64,000 nt of DNA from a virus (lineage: Duplodnaviria > Caudoviricetes). This document shows positions 31,801 through 40,810 of this stretch, one piece after another. The stretch lies in IMG/VR virus record IMGVR_UViG_3300029305_006521, positions 1 to 64,000 of that record, one strand, 5' to 3'. How positions within the stretch are numbered: position 1 is the first letter of the stretch; each line of letters opens with the position of its first letter. The position numbers and the translations under genes are program-made. Below the pieces are notes generated by a model. That model saw nothing but the letters and a program-made list of their open reading frames with translations. It ran no database searches and had not been told where the DNA came from.

Positions 31801-34028
31801 TCAATTATTTTATTTATAGTAGTAATTAATTTTGTTAATAAATCTACCGCGCTCTTGATAAAATCAGAATTAGCCAACCCCATTGAAAACGCATCCCATG
31901 CGTTTTTAAGATTATTTAATTTACTTTCTAAACTTTCAGTTGTTTTTTCAAATTGAGCTTGACTCGCGCCGGCGCTATTATTTGCAGCACCAACTAATTC
32001 CATTGTACGGTCATAGTTGCTCATCATAGCAATAAAACGAGACTGTTGACGAGAACCTGCTGCCATAGTGGCAATATAGCGCTGAGTATTAGTATCTAAT
32101 CCATCCCATTTCTGAGCGATTTCAATGAAAACATCATCTAAATCGCGGAACTGACCGCTTGTATCACGAAGGGAAACATTGATGGTTCTTAACGCTGTTT
32201 CAATTTTGTTAGCATCAACAATTTCACCATCAACTTCACCAATTTCTGCTGGGTCTTTCTTTAATTCCTGGAAACGAGCAACAACAGTTTTCATTGCTGT
32301 ACCAGCAGTTTCAGCAGATTCACGAGTGGTTTCAATAATCTGTGACAAGAAAGCCGCAGTAGTTTCAAATTCCATATTTGCGCTATCTGCAATAGAAGCA
32401 GTCTTCGTCATAGCAGTAGCAATTTCTTCAGTATCTGCTGCAGTAATAGCCGCTAATTCAGAATAAACATCATTTACACGCTTAGCGCTAGTTTCATTTA
32501 ACTCCATATTAAAACCACGAAGGGCAGCAGTCATTTTGTCTGTTGCATCAGCATAATCCATGCCAGCAATTCGTGCCATCTTCATGGTTTCAGTGCCTAT
32601 TTCAAAAACTTCATTGGTTTCAAGACCCTGTTGATAGAACAAAGTCATAGTTTCATAGGCACCAAGTGTTGTAGTTCCTAATTTATTAGCAGCTTCAGTA
32701 TATTGAGGTAACTGGTCCCACATATCACTAACTGAAAAGTCAGTAACTACTGCGGTTTCAGTCATCGCTTTATCAAGTTCTTTTACCGTTTCAAAAGCGC
32801 TTCTAACAGTACGCTTAAATATTTCAACAGCGTTACCAATTGAGAAGAAATGAAGTAGGTTATTTCGTAAGTTCTCAATATCCTTCTGCTTATCCGTCAT
32901 TTCTTTTAAACCATCGCCAGCTTCATGACTTGCGCGGCCAAGACCTCTAACTGGTTCTTCAGCACTATCGGCAGTTGCGCGAACTTGTTTTAAAGCTTCA
33001 GCTGCACGTGCGGCAGAATCGGTACCTAATTGTTCAAGAACTCTCTCAAATTCTTCCATTGAATTTATGGAAGAAACATCTATTCCAATTTCATCCCAAT
33101 TAATACCAGTTAATTGGGTTAAAGAATTTTTTAAATTATCAAAAGCTTCGGTTTTTACAGATTTGCCTTGAGTTTCATTAAAGGTTTTTAATGCCTGTTC
33201 TGCTTTTACTACATTTTGTTCTAAAGCTTCATATTCTTTATCTAAATCTGATTGAAGAACAAATTGTTCGGTTTTGGCTAGTTGTTCATTATAAGCTTTT
33301 TGCGCAGCATCAAGGTCTTTGGTTGTTTTAACCAACTCTTTACCTTCTTTGGTTTGATTAAAACCCTTACTACCAAAGTTTTCATATTTTACATTGCCGT
33401 TTTTATCAGTCTCTTTTTTAGCAATTCTTTCATTTGCTGCAGATAATGCTTCATCTCTTAATTTGGCCGCTTCTTTAAGATTTTTCTTTAAAATTTCAAG
33501 GTTATTTATTTCATTTTGATATTGGTTTTTAGCATTTATATCACTATCTTTAATAACTATTTTTTTAGCAGATTTAGAACCTTGTTCTAAAGCTTTTTTT
33601 GCCTTTTCAAGATTTCTATTTAATTTATTTTGTTCAGTATTAGTACTCTTAACACTTTCATTATAAATTCTTTGTAACTTTGCCATTTCTGTCAAAGCTT
33701 TTTGGTCTTCTTTTAAAAGAGAGGTTTTAACACCATGTTTTTCTAATTTATTAATTAAATCATCATAAATATTTTCTATATTAGAAACTGTTTTTTGAAA
33801 TACTTTTTCATCAACTAGTTTTAATTTACCACCAGCAGTTAATTCACTAGCTTTTTCAATTTCTTTAAAAGCCTTTTTAAAACTTGTTGTAAAACTTTCT
33901 GACAATTGAGGTCCTAAATTTAGATTCCCCAACTGGCTTTCCATGATTTTTAGTGCTTTGGAAAAATTATCTAGCTTTCCAATAACATCAACATTAACCG
34001 CAATGGTACTTGTCTGCTTATTTGCCAT
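25869..34028 (-). CDS. Tail tape measure protein with C-terminal peptidoglycan-binding domain
   Basis: ~2720 aa helical; TP901-type TMP core (ELDKAMTE...SAETAGTAMKT...AAGSRQ); C-terminal LQNAL...IDGIYGSKT...VDGYYG PG-binding repeat; start moved to ATG 34028 after GGAGG. Confidence 0.9.
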   Translation of the reverse strand: MANKQTSTIAVNVDVIGKLDNFSKALKIMESQLGNLNLGPQLSESFTTSFKKAFKEIEKASELTAGGKLKLVDEKVFQKTVSNIENIYDDLINKLEKHGVKTSLLKEDQKALTEMAKLQRIYNESVKSTNTEQNKLNRNLEKAKKALEQGSKSAKKIVIKDSDINAKNQYQNEINNLEILKKNLKEAAKLRDEALSAANERIAKKETDKNGNVKYENFGSKGFNQTKEGKELVKTTKDLDAAQKAYNEQLAKTEQFVLQSDLDKEYEALEQNVVKAEQALKTFNETQGKSVKTEAFDNLKNSLTQLTGINWDEIGIDVSSINSMEEFERVLEQLGTDSAARAAEALKQVRATADSAEEPVRGLGRASHEAGDGLKEMTDKQKDIENLRNNLLHFFSIGNAVEIFKRTVRSAFETVKELDKAMTETAVVTDFSVSDMWDQLPQYTEAANKLGTTTLGAYETMTLFYQQGLETNEVFEIGTETMKMARIAGMDYADATDKMTAALRGFNMELNETSAKRVNDVYSELAAITAADTEEIATAMTKTASIADSANMEFETTAAFLSQIIETTRESAETAGTAMKTVVARFQELKKDPAEIGEVDGEIVDANKIETALRTINVSLRDTSGQFRDLDDVFIEIAQKWDGLDTNTQRYIATMAAGSRQQSRFIAMMSNYDRTMELVGAANNSAGASQAQFEKTTESLESKLNNLKNAWDAFSMGLANSDFIKSAVDLLTKLITTINKIIDSVSGKNGLIKSILSIGLTFGGLKIGKNVFNKILGGVSEAFGGAGAKASKSFADNLNSGLTKVKKIFKKDFWVGIHPPKDAFDGVKDAFNGLREAADDQIKLTAASQQLNNALRAVGISEKQQQAIQALGLTLDNQEIALTNKAIAQKLLQHKVDMIANGLSKEEIKNRLNEIATTYGQMAAEASLNQVQGVGVLTKLSNIAALLFGNAEKRKGAVATLGLAASEGVATGATNALTAAFLACPLGWIFAAIAAVAAGALLLANAIETDAEKQERLNENMKQAAEAAENAKAAYDELLGDKSEYDDLQNTLDELVEGTDAWREKLAEVNQQVLELITKYPTLAKYLETGEHGQMVISDNGWNEVINQQQRIVRATALGNLSAQLQNSSFQKELINKEFDSKFENNDLVVERDVQRAFLENIDNADFWKDVEGSLKTMGIETQLTSKQLKTAQEALVGYTEELKTNQAEMSGFIKGVYHTTVSEENKQDKNFDAAAEVFSKNFSQQDGISQDVLDEYTLKWGFGTRAQGDLTWFDDLSKNKEFLEVAKKYGVDTAKFNGVERHDAAVVYAAIAGLESAEDVDKGLNTRDILEKIASIEAAETIGIEFNDFMTAEKGTSRFDDFLQVWQQDASTSIEEIGNVFNEVISDDEIAQKYADALGIDVGELKSTFAKNYAAIIKQQAKNQAKLQKYFESSGGKIRESLINQFPSLSQEDVQKLSSLYDNINQYLGQTGVDILSAQLSLNLNTESIAEAESLINSISWSDPIAAISQLSNQVKYGTGNVKALAQQFLDLNADIFSTSAQFKSWLNSDDFQEVQEELNGILEANDELSADNIRELAEESQTLNKFLKQNKISVSGLAKTLTKLTTGELNITHMTDAVLASLGAFDSLDEVIKDTIQSIEDYEAGLDGRDVSNWFKDQAENMKELMDEGRWGNAQLANAAKFFYGADFLEDENGEKLSDDAYKARLKEAQSMFDENSSNMEQFWIDNLEKLQQAGLDISNKNGELIFNNLENYTGDELRKLISEALDITEQGAGMMITDAKDYSPNMAQFMEKEDYNKGLKLASEALDEVNGKTIITSKTVEGLASVWGKSKEEILADLKELNKEQQIFEFDVDFKLKDPNKTLGSALADAGITIEDFTIGRNTSGRVLSYQALVEVSEVTGFSPEEILAEYGTNKDGIYSIKVPVYGEMQTIEIKDPKDLKPEIDKKHIEEEARIAAEIEKQVWEESPIQVYLDDSEAKATLEELLKTETKTIEIVYDSKDGTIPLVSTTLNTDTTSNLTPNQRKTLAGRSRGLSRVSGNAKVSGTLVGELGPEMVVDPATNTWTTVGNNGAEFVNLPNNPIVFNHLQTEELLKHGSINSRASGALVSGNAAVSAYGDTTPGKTSSKDSKNENVWENVFDKLYNLSEAINRNLREREKLERTYNKLLREQVQILNTTDYARNISAQIQNLKEQADILRRDYALQSSMYRGKGEQLQSYMAKNSSLRKYAYYDSGSQQIFINWDAIDKVKDEEKDQKIEDYVSKLEELRDAMWDAEDAMFDAEEQIEEMKEDLREKLEELKQAYLDFEDRVVEALVAQRQAEIDELQETYDLISESNSSILSAIQDVISEQRALRELEEQKADIEEMQRRLAMLRQDTSGASDLEIRALEEQIGDAQQSYTDALIDQAIDEMGNANEKAEEQRQQQIDLLQHQLDWDKENGKFWGQVNELLHSAINPDGSLNNNSPLVELLKSTEGYKALSDFGKQNWWTNLQKTVAEAMAGLKEWMNPTDVDAAIGGAQGGNGNYGSGDFGSGGGYFAQLAPAAKKPTKSMSSDEIKTLQNALASIGLYSGAIDGIYGSKTEKAVKDLQKILGVKVDGYYGQDTHAAVMASEYRKYATGGLADFTGPAWLDGTKTHPEIVLNARDTANFLELRDILRDMNLVSDGKTSGGDNYFEIHIEVDTLSNDYDVEQVADKVKRIINDDARYRNTNAINLIR

Positions 34029-34048
34029 CTTTTCCCTCCAAAATAAAA

Positions 34049-34079
34049 AAATAGACATTAATCAAATTAATGTCTATTT
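34049..34079 (-). terminator. Terminator-like hairpin upstream of the tape measure gene
   Basis: AAATAGACATTAAT-caa-ATTAATGTCTATTT followed by a U-rich tract on the minus strand. Confidence 0.6.
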
Positions 34080-34084
34080 AACAC

Positions 34085-34894
34085 TTACATATCAGCATCT
34101 ATATCTTGGTTGAGGATTATATAATCAACTACTTGTTTATCGCCTTTTCCGCCAACTGGATAAGCTACTCCATAAAAATTTGCTACAACTGGATTAGCTT
34201 GCGGCCCCAACCTCATAGATAAATCAGACATTAATTTAAATCTTGGCATTGTGATTAATGCCGTGACAGTTCGTCCTGTATTATCATCTTTAAGTCGGGT
34301 TTTTCCTTCTAGGCGTAAATAACCTTCAATTAGTCTTTGACCAATTCTAATAACAGTGCCGCCATCATCATAATTATAACAATAACGCACCAATACATCA
34401 ACGTAAGGCTTATCTATTTTAATTAGATTATATTCACCATCAACAAAACCATAATTCATAATGCGATTCCCAGTTTCTTTCTCATAAATAAACAAATCAC
34501 AATATGGAACATGGTCTAGTTTAATTACGCCATTTTCGTCGCTTTCCTTTTCTTCTTTCATTGGCACATAAATGATTTCTTTCTTTGGAACTTCTATTAA
34601 TCTTGAATTACTTAACAATCCAAATTGTGCCTTTGAAAAAACGCCCTGTGAAAAATAAAACCCAACTTCCTTTGTCTCATCCCAATTTACCCAAGCGCGA
34701 TTATCAAATCCACCGCGGGCCGCAACATGGGACTTTAATTCTTGCGTGGTCGAGATAAAGATTTTGTCAAATTCAAATACTGTTTCGTTGGGAACAAATT
34801 CTCTATCTCCGACCTTCATGTTATAAGTGGCTTTTAAGCACACGTCGTATAATTCTTTGAATGAATAATTATCAGTTACACCAAAATTTTGCAT
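34085..34894 (-). CDS. Tail tube protein paralogue (minor)
   Basis: Aligns by eye to the upstream gene: KELYDV/KEVADV, ARGG..N...W.W..KEV/ARGG..N...SW...KEI, GVFS/ALFS. Confidence 0.65.
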   Translation of the reverse strand: MQNFGVTDNYSFKELYDVCLKATYNMKVGDREFVPNETVFEFDKIFISTTQELKSHVAARGGFDNRAWVNWDETKEVGFYFSQGVFSKAQFGLLSNSRLIEVPKKEIIYVPMKEEKESDENGVIKLDHVPYCDLFIYEKETGNRIMNYGFVDGEYNLIKIDKPYVDVLVRYCYNYDDGGTVIRIGQRLIEGYLRLEGKTRLKDDNTGRTVTALITMPRFKLMSDLSMRLGPQANPVVANFYGVAYPVGGKGDKQVVDYIILNQDIDADM

Positions 34895-34907
34895 TGGGTT
34901 CTCCTAT

Positions 34908-34943
34908 TAAAAAAAAGGAGGATGGTTTCCACCAACCTCCTTT
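34908..34943 (-). terminator. Intrinsic terminator after major tail gene
   Basis: AAGGAGG..GG/CC..CCTCCTT stem with a U-run on the minus strand. Confidence 0.65.
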
Positions 34944-34966
34944 GATTATTATTTGATTTGATTCGA

Positions 34967-35902
34967 TTAGCCGCTAGCCTGTTCATCAGGATTAGAAGCT
35001 TGTAAATCAGCCATATTGTTAGTAATTAAAATATGGTTATGGTCAATATCTTTATAAGTACCACCACTTGTACTGGTATCCACAGCATCAACTAAGTCAT
35101 ACTTAACAAGCTTCATCATCTTACCATCAGAAGGACGAAGAACCTTAAGACTCATATTAAATACAGAAGGATCACCTTCAGCTTCAAGAGTAATAGTATT
35201 TTCAGACTGAACCTTAGCCTTAGGTATAATAAACTGGAAGAATTCATCAGTACCAGAAGCTTCAGAACGAGCATAAGTATCACCAGTTACATAATAAGTA
35301 CCAGGGAAAGAATCAGCAGAAACTTCAATAACAGCACCATCAACCTTTAAGTCATAAGAGCAGAAATATCTCTTCTCATTTTCAATTTTAGTAACGGGAG
35401 CTGCTACTTCTACATCACTACCAGACTTAAATGCAGCATCGGCCTCATAAAATTTAGGATTATGTTTTACATAACGCTTGCCATCGGGAGCAGTAAAGTA
35501 AGGATCCCAACCAAAAGTTTTTTCAGTAATCATACTATCCTTAGTAGGAACTGTAGCAGAATCTGCATCAGCCAGAAATACTTCAGACTTCATAATATAA
35601 GCCTGATCACCAGTATATTCATTAACCTTACCATTACCAAACATAATAGCCATGGACTTAGCAGAGAAAAGAGCATCTTCAAGAGTTACGTTAATTTCCT
35701 TACCATAGTCCCAAGAAATAAGTGCGGCATTACCTTTACCACCACGAGCATCAGAACTCTCAGCGGTCTGTTCGATAGTAGAAACCTTAAGAGTATCTAA
35801 ATAAAGAACAGGAAAAGCAGGCTTACCAAGCTTATTTAACTCATAAAACACGACATCGGCAACTTCCTTAATGCCGTACTTAGCAAGAATATCAATAGCC
35901 AT
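34967..35902 (-). CDS. Major tail (tube) protein
   Basis: ARGGKGN.ALISWD, IPKAKVQS..TITLEAEGDPSVF; high-expression codon usage; position before TMP. Confidence 0.8.
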   Translation of the reverse strand: MAIDILAKYGIKEVADVVFYELNKLGKPAFPVLYLDTLKVSTIEQTAESSDARGGKGNAALISWDYGKEINVTLEDALFSAKSMAIMFGNGKVNEYTGDQAYIMKSEVFLADADSATVPTKDSMITEKTFGWDPYFTAPDGKRYVKHNPKFYEADAAFKSGSDVEVAAPVTKIENEKRYFCSYDLKVDGAVIEVSADSFPGTYYVTGDTYARSEASGTDEFFQFIIPKAKVQSENTITLEAEGDPSVFNMSLKVLRPSDGKMMKLVKYDLVDAVDTSTSGGTYKDIDHNHILITNNMADLQASNPDEQASG

Positions 35903-35916
35903 TTAAAATAGCCTCC

Positions 35917-36666
35917 TTAATTATCTAATTGTCTAATCCAATATTTTGGTTTTATTTTTTTCGGGTCAGCACCAGCTTGTAAGGAGCGAACTTCTGTTTC
36001 ATACTTCTCTTTTTCTTGATAAGTATCAACTAACACCTTCACCGATGCATAACTAATCTCTCCGATATTAAGTGGGTTTAATCCCATATTCATACAACAA
36101 ATTGAAGCAAGTAAAGTACCAAAATCAATACCTAAACCTTTCTTCGCTTTAATGTAATCCCTATATCGGGCTTTTGCTTTCATTGCTTTAATTCGTGGAT
36201 GTTCATTAGGATTAGGTGGTTCAAGAGGTTTATCACCTAGAGAACGGCGAACCGCATTTTGGAACTCTAAAAATTCATCCTCTTTAATTAATCTCAACTT
36301 TTCCACACTTTTAGCTTTTTTAATTTCTTTTTCCAAACTACCAATAACCACCATTTTCGGTTCAGGAAGAAAATTAACTTCCTCATGTAAAAAGAACTCA
36401 AAAGCTTTTTTTGCAATTGCCGCAAATTGTATATTTTGTTTTATATTTATAAACAAATAATCATATACAGAAGGAACTGTTTCTTTTAAATTACCTTTCG
36501 CAGCACGAGTAAATTCATCTTCTAACTCTTCTTGACTTATCGTTAAAAGTCTCCTATATTGTGGAAACATTTCGTCCGATAGCGTCTGCCGCACTGTAGG
36601 TGGATAAATCTTGCATTTTCCTTTATAAGAAAAAGGAATTGCTAAAAAACCATTTAAATCAATCAT
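35917..36666 (-). CDS. Tail assembly protein (putative chaperone)
   Basis: Position in the head-tail block; no specific motif. Confidence 0.5.
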   Translation of the reverse strand: MIDLNGFLAIPFSYKGKCKIYPPTVRQTLSDEMFPQYRRLLTISQEELEDEFTRAAKGNLKETVPSVYDYLFINIKQNIQFAAIAKKAFEFFLHEEVNFLPEPKMVVIGSLEKEIKKAKSVEKLRLIKEDEFLEFQNAVRRSLGDKPLEPPNPNEHPRIKAMKAKARYRDYIKAKKGLGIDFGTLLASICCMNMGLNPLNIGEISYASVKVLVDTYQEKEKYETEVRSLQAGADPKKIKPKYWIRQLDN

Positions 36667-37153
36667 AAGTAACTATATTGAAAAACATTTCAAAAGCAGA
36701 GATTTCTTCAGTATTAAAATTTGACTGAAAATCTCCACCTTCAATTCGACCCAAACCATTAATAGTTTTTCCTTCTAATGATTTTTGTATTTCTCCCATT
36801 ATTAAAAAGGGACGCAAATTATCACTTTTTAAAGTCCATTGACTTAAAGGTACAAAAACTTCAATACCTAAAGATAAATTCTTAAACTCTTGATTCTCGG
36901 GATTTTTTACTCCATTAATTACCTTTAAAGCAATTACTGAATTTGCTTTTTCTTCATTATCAAGTTTAGGAACAATCTTTATTAATTTCTGATAAACTTT
37001 ATGGCGAATTTCATCATCGGTTAAATCTGGATTATCCAAAGGGTCTTTATCAGTATAATATAAATATTTCACCAAAGTTTGATTTGCCATTAATCGTTTA
37101 ATAATCTTTTGAAGATTTTCACCTAATTCATTTAAATATTTAATTCCTGCCAT
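36659..37153 (-). CDS. Head-tail joining / tail terminator protein (putative)
   Basis: Size and synteny. Confidence 0.5.
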   Translation of the reverse strand: MAGIKYLNELGENLQKIIKRLMANQTLVKYLYYTDKDPLDNPDLTDDEIRHKVYQKLIKIVPKLDNEEKANSVIALKVINGVKNPENQEFKNLSLGIEVFVPLSQWTLKSDNLRPFLIMGEIQKSLEGKTINGLGRIEGGDFQSNFNTEEISAFEMFFNIVTYD

Positions 37154-37908
37154 TATTGATCTTCACCACCATCTAGCCAGAAGAATTCATCTGGTTCATT
37201 ATAAGGTTCTTTGTTATCAGGTATATCTTCTTCTCCACGTTGCGGTGGAGCGGTCAAATCATGAATATATGTTGGGTCAATAGTTACATATTCAACACCA
37301 AGTGAAGAATTAAAATCGTAACCAGTAACTTGATAATGCTCTAAAAATGGAGGTTCACCAACCTCAATAATTACATCCTTTCTAATGAATTCATTTCTTG
37401 GTATTACTAAGAAGTTGGACTTCAGATTTTCTGCATAAAGAACATCCATACGAGAACGCGACCTAACTTCATTTTTCAACATATTATTCTGCTGACCATA
37501 AAGATAAGCATAACTACAACATCTATGGCCCTCATATTCCCAATGAATTTCATGGGTCATTCTTAGCATTTTATAATTATTATACCCTCTATCAACTAAA
37601 TCCTCTTGATACCAAACAAGCCATGGCCGCAAGTCGCCAGTTCTCTTATCTGGAATAAAAAGAATTTCACCTTGATCAATTTCTGTTTCAACTCTTGTTA
37701 ATAAATCAAAAGTTACCTGTGTTTCATCCTGTTTATCAGGTTCAAAACACGCAGGAATTATCTTATTCTTATATGAAAAATCAATTCTATAGACTGATTT
37801 ATTCAACAGATTCTCAAATTCTAATTCACGTTTATTCTGAACTCTTGTTTGATGGTCATATCCAAATCTATTTAATCGCCGCAGATAAACATCATCAAAG
37901 TATTTCAT
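37153..37908 (-). CDS. Head closure / neck protein (putative)
   Basis: Size and synteny. Confidence 0.5.
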   Translation of the reverse strand: MKYFDDVYLRRLNRFGYDHQTRVQNKRELEFENLLNKSVYRIDFSYKNKIIPACFEPDKQDETQVTFDLLTRVETEIDQGEILFIPDKRTGDLRPWLVWYQEDLVDRGYNNYKMLRMTHEIHWEYEGHRCCSYAYLYGQQNNMLKNEVRSRSRMDVLYAENLKSNFLVIPRNEFIRKDVIIEVGEPPFLEHYQVTGYDFNSSLGVEYVTIDPTYIHDLTAPPQRGEEDIPDNKEPYNEPDEFFWLDGGEDQ

Positions 37909-38167
37909 CGCCTATTTTACTCACTAAAGTCATACAATCAAAGATTGTAGTTCTGAAATACTTATAACTTAAGTATTTAAGAGAACTAAGTTTGTGGAAA
38001 AGTATGTAATAGTTAATCGTCTTTTCTTCTTCTGAATAACCCATTAATTCAATCAAAATTGAATCTAGGAACTTTTCCCATTCTCTTCCTCTTTCATACT
38101 CTCTTAATAAACCAAAAAGACGACTTTTTAGTTTATTATTGCTTGCTTCAATTACATCAGGAAGCAT
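37895..38167 (-). CDS. Hypothetical morphogenesis protein
   Basis: Coupled ORF in the structural operon. Confidence 0.6.
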   Translation of the reverse strand: MLPDVIEASNNKLKSRLFGLLREYERGREWEKFLDSILIELMGYSEEEKTINYYILFHKLSSLKYLSYKYFRTTIFDCMTLVSKIGDEIL

Positions 38168-38610
38168 TAATCTACGCGACTGGCAAGACGAGAATATTTA
38201 AAAGGTTTACCCTTAATAGAACGATAATAAACCGCCTCTAAACGTAAAGCATTTTTCTTTTCATTTTCAAGTGTTTCATTGAATTTATCAAGCAAATTCG
38301 CCTGTGAAAAATCTCTTTCATCGTAAAGAGGTTTAATATTCTCCCAAGAAAGTATAGTACGATTTAGCCACTCACATTTCATATAAGTAGCCAAGATTTG
38401 GACTTCTTCAGGGCCGAGTTCAGCATAAAACCCTTCATCATTCCTATCCAAATCAACTCTTGGAAACTTAAACCAAGGAATTCCTCCCTCTAATAACTCC
38501 CTCAAGTCAATTTGAATTTCTTCCCATTCCCAATGTGCCCATTCATCATCGAGAATTTTTGCTAAAAAAGCATTAAACACTCTTTCGTAAGGAGTCATTA
38601 CCGTTTTCAT
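38167..38610 (-). CDS. Head-tail adaptor protein (putative)
   Basis: TPYERVFNAFL...EVQILA..M..EW...DFSQAN helical adaptor-like pattern; start moved after GAGGAGG. Confidence 0.6.
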   Translation of the reverse strand: MKTVMTPYERVFNAFLAKILDDEWAHWEWEEIQIDLRELLEGGIPWFKFPRVDLDRNDEGFYAELGPEEVQILATYMKCEWLNRTILSWENIKPLYDERDFSQANLLDKFNETLENEKKNALRLEAVYYRSIKGKPFKYSRLASRVD

Positions 38611-39088
38611 CAGGCAGAACCTCCTCATTCTGTTTCTTTAAGTTATAAATCTTTAAAACATCCATGCCACAAAGACTCTTCATAATCTCAGCCTTATTCA
38701 TATCAATCATAGCATGGTCAACAGCATACTGAGCAACTTCCTTCATCTGAATATCAGTAAGCTTTTTAAATTCCGCTCTAAATTCAGCAACAGGCATATT
38801 AGTCAGCATACGTTCAATCATTTTATCTTCAAGTAAAACAATAGTTTCTTTTACTGCATCATAAGGCTCTAAACCAATCTCTTTTTTAAAGTCTAAATCT
38901 TCAATATAAAGAATACCCTTTTCAAAAAGATAAGAAACGCCAGGATTAAAAATTGCTTCACGAAGCACATCCTTTGGTACAGGGAACCTAGCTTTTTTCT
39001 TCTGCCAAACTCTCTTAAATCTTAGTTCGGGAATAGAAAAACCTACATTACCATTAACAGTACTTACTACAAAAACATTATCTGTCAT
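38573..39088 (-). CDS. Hypothetical protein after the major capsid gene
   Basis: 171-aa ORF with SD AAGGAG. Confidence 0.7.
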   Translation of the reverse strand: MTDNVFVVSTVNGNVGFSIPELRFKRVWQKKKARFPVPKDVLREAIFNPGVSYLFEKGILYIEDLDFKKEIGLEPYDAVKETIVLLEDKMIERMLTNMPVAEFRAEFKKLTDIQMKEVAQYAVDHAMIDMNKAEIMKSLCGMDVLKIYNLKKQNEEVLPDENGNDSLRKSV

Positions 39089-39125
39089 ATTTAATTACTC
39101 CTTTTTACGCCTATATTTATATAAA

Positions 39126-39153
39126 ACAAGGGAGAGGGATTACCTCTCCCCTT
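39126..39153 (-). terminator. Intrinsic terminator after major capsid gene
   Basis: GGGAGAGG-loop-CCTCTCCC stem followed by TTGTTTT on the minus strand. Confidence 0.7.
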
Positions 39154-39163
39154 TAACTAACAA

Positions 39164-40213
39164 TTACAGATTGGGGTAAGGGAATTCAGAAGTATCTGCA
39201 ATAGCAGTATTCTGATAAACAGCCCAATTGTGATGATGCATAATAGCAGCGCCCATCTTCTTATAAGCATGTACTTCAACAGACTGATCGCGGTTTACGA
39301 AGTCATACATTTGAGTTTCGCCCTCAAGAACAACCTTAACAACCTTTTCTTTACCAGAAGGAAGAATGTAAGCGAACTGAGGATTCATCCAAGTCTTAGT
39401 ATTGGTTTCATCAAGATAGGATTGTGGAATCTCAATAATGGGAGTACCACGGAAAAGATTGATGCGGCCAACATTGTGAATACGATCGATATCCTGGGGA
39501 TGATAAACACCCTGAGCGCCAGAAACGGCAGGAACAATAGCATCAGGACCCATAGCATCAACGAATTCAGGGCAAGCAAAAATTACAACGCTCTGACCAT
39601 AATTCTTAACTGTGGTAACGAGCTTCTGCATTTGTTCGGCATCAAAACCAGCAAAAATAACCTTGTTAGCAGCAGGACGACCAACTGCATCAACTGCAGC
39701 GATAAGAGCCTTCTGAATTTCACCGAATACTGCATCGGTAAGACCTTCAGTAAGAACATCCATTAATTCGCTTAGACTTTCAGCGCCATCAAGGAAACGC
39801 TCGAAGTCCATGGTGATAGCTCCACCAACAGCCTTTCCTTCAAGAGTAAAGGTATCAGTATCAAGACGGAATGTCTCGTATACACCAGAAAGACCAACCT
39901 GGGTCAGGAACTTACGGGCACGATTCTTACCCATAATACCACGCTTGAAGATAGCTTTCTGTCCCTGAGGAACACGCTGTACTTCAGCAAAAGCACCAAC
40001 TGCATCAAGAACCTTGTTAGGAACGATTTCGTCAGCGTTCTTAATAATTATTTCATAAATATCATACTTGTTCCGCATGAAGTCATTAACAGAACCACAG
40101 AGTTCCTTAAGACCGTCAGCAAGAGCAGCATTAACATTTTCACATTCAAAATTAGCAGGAGCAGTACCATGAGCGGCATGACGAGCTAACTCTTTTAACT
40201 GTTGAATAGTCAT
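39164..40213 (-). CDS. Major capsid protein
   Basis: 349 aa, strongly biased codons, FRGTPIIEIP HK97-like motif, follows portal and scaffold genes. Confidence 0.85.
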   Translation of the reverse strand: MTIQQLKELARHAAHGTAPANFECENVNAALADGLKELCGSVNDFMRNKYDIYEIIIKNADEIVPNKVLDAVGAFAEVQRVPQGQKAIFKRGIMGKNRARKFLTQVGLSGVYETFRLDTDTFTLEGKAVGGAITMDFERFLDGAESLSELMDVLTEGLTDAVFGEIQKALIAAVDAVGRPAANKVIFAGFDAEQMQKLVTTVKNYGQSVVIFACPEFVDAMGPDAIVPAVSGAQGVYHPQDIDRIHNVGRINLFRGTPIIEIPQSYLDETNTKTWMNPQFAYILPSGKEKVVKVVLEGETQMYDFVNRDQSVEVHAYKKMGAAIMHHHNWAVYQNTAIADTSEFPYPNL

Positions 40214-40236
40214 ATTCTCAATTCCTCCTATTAAGA

Positions 40237-40794
40237 TTAAGCCTTAAGAGCCTGAAGCATTACACCAGGCTGGCCGTCAGGCATAGTGGTGAACTCAACA
40301 ACCTTAAGTACAGGACCTTCAGCAGGCTGAGTAGCAGACAACTTAGTAGCGCCACCATCAACATCGAGACCACCATAAACAGGAGTCTCCTTGCAAGCTT
40401 CGAGAGCTTCAATCAGAGCATCGTCATCAGCAAATTCGCCATCATCATAGCAGAGGCAATTAGTAGTCCACTTATCACCAACAGCAAGCAGACCTATACG
40501 AGGTAAGAAAGAACCACGCTTTAAAGAAAAGTTCTTCAGACCAGGTAGACGCTCATCATACATATGCTCGGTAGAATAATGTAAACCGATAGGAAGAAGT
40601 TCGCCAGCATCAGGGAAGCGAACTACGCGATTAGCACGGTCAATAGCTAAAAGCATGCCGTTCTCGGCAGGAAGAGTTTCAAAATCAGTAGCATCAAGAT
40701 GGCACTGTGCTTCAATGCGGCCATCACGACGGAAAGCGACGTTATTTAATTCAATCTGACCGTAACCGTCAATTGTAAATCTTTTGGTAGCCAT
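40237..40794 (-). CDS. Capsid decoration / cement protein (putative)
   Basis: 185 aa immediately before MCP with the same codon bias; AENGM...GDKWTTN pattern. Confidence 0.6.
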   Translation of the reverse strand: MATKRFTIDGYGQIELNNVAFRRDGRIEAQCHLDATDFETLPAENGMLLAIDRANRVVRFPDAGELLPIGLHYSTEHMYDERLPGLKNFSLKRGSFLPRIGLLAVGDKWTTNCLCYDDGEFADDDALIEALEACKETPVYGGLDVDGGATKLSATQPAEGPVLKVVEFTTMPDGQPGVMLQALKA

Positions 40795-40810
40795 TTATAT
40801 TCCTCCAAAA

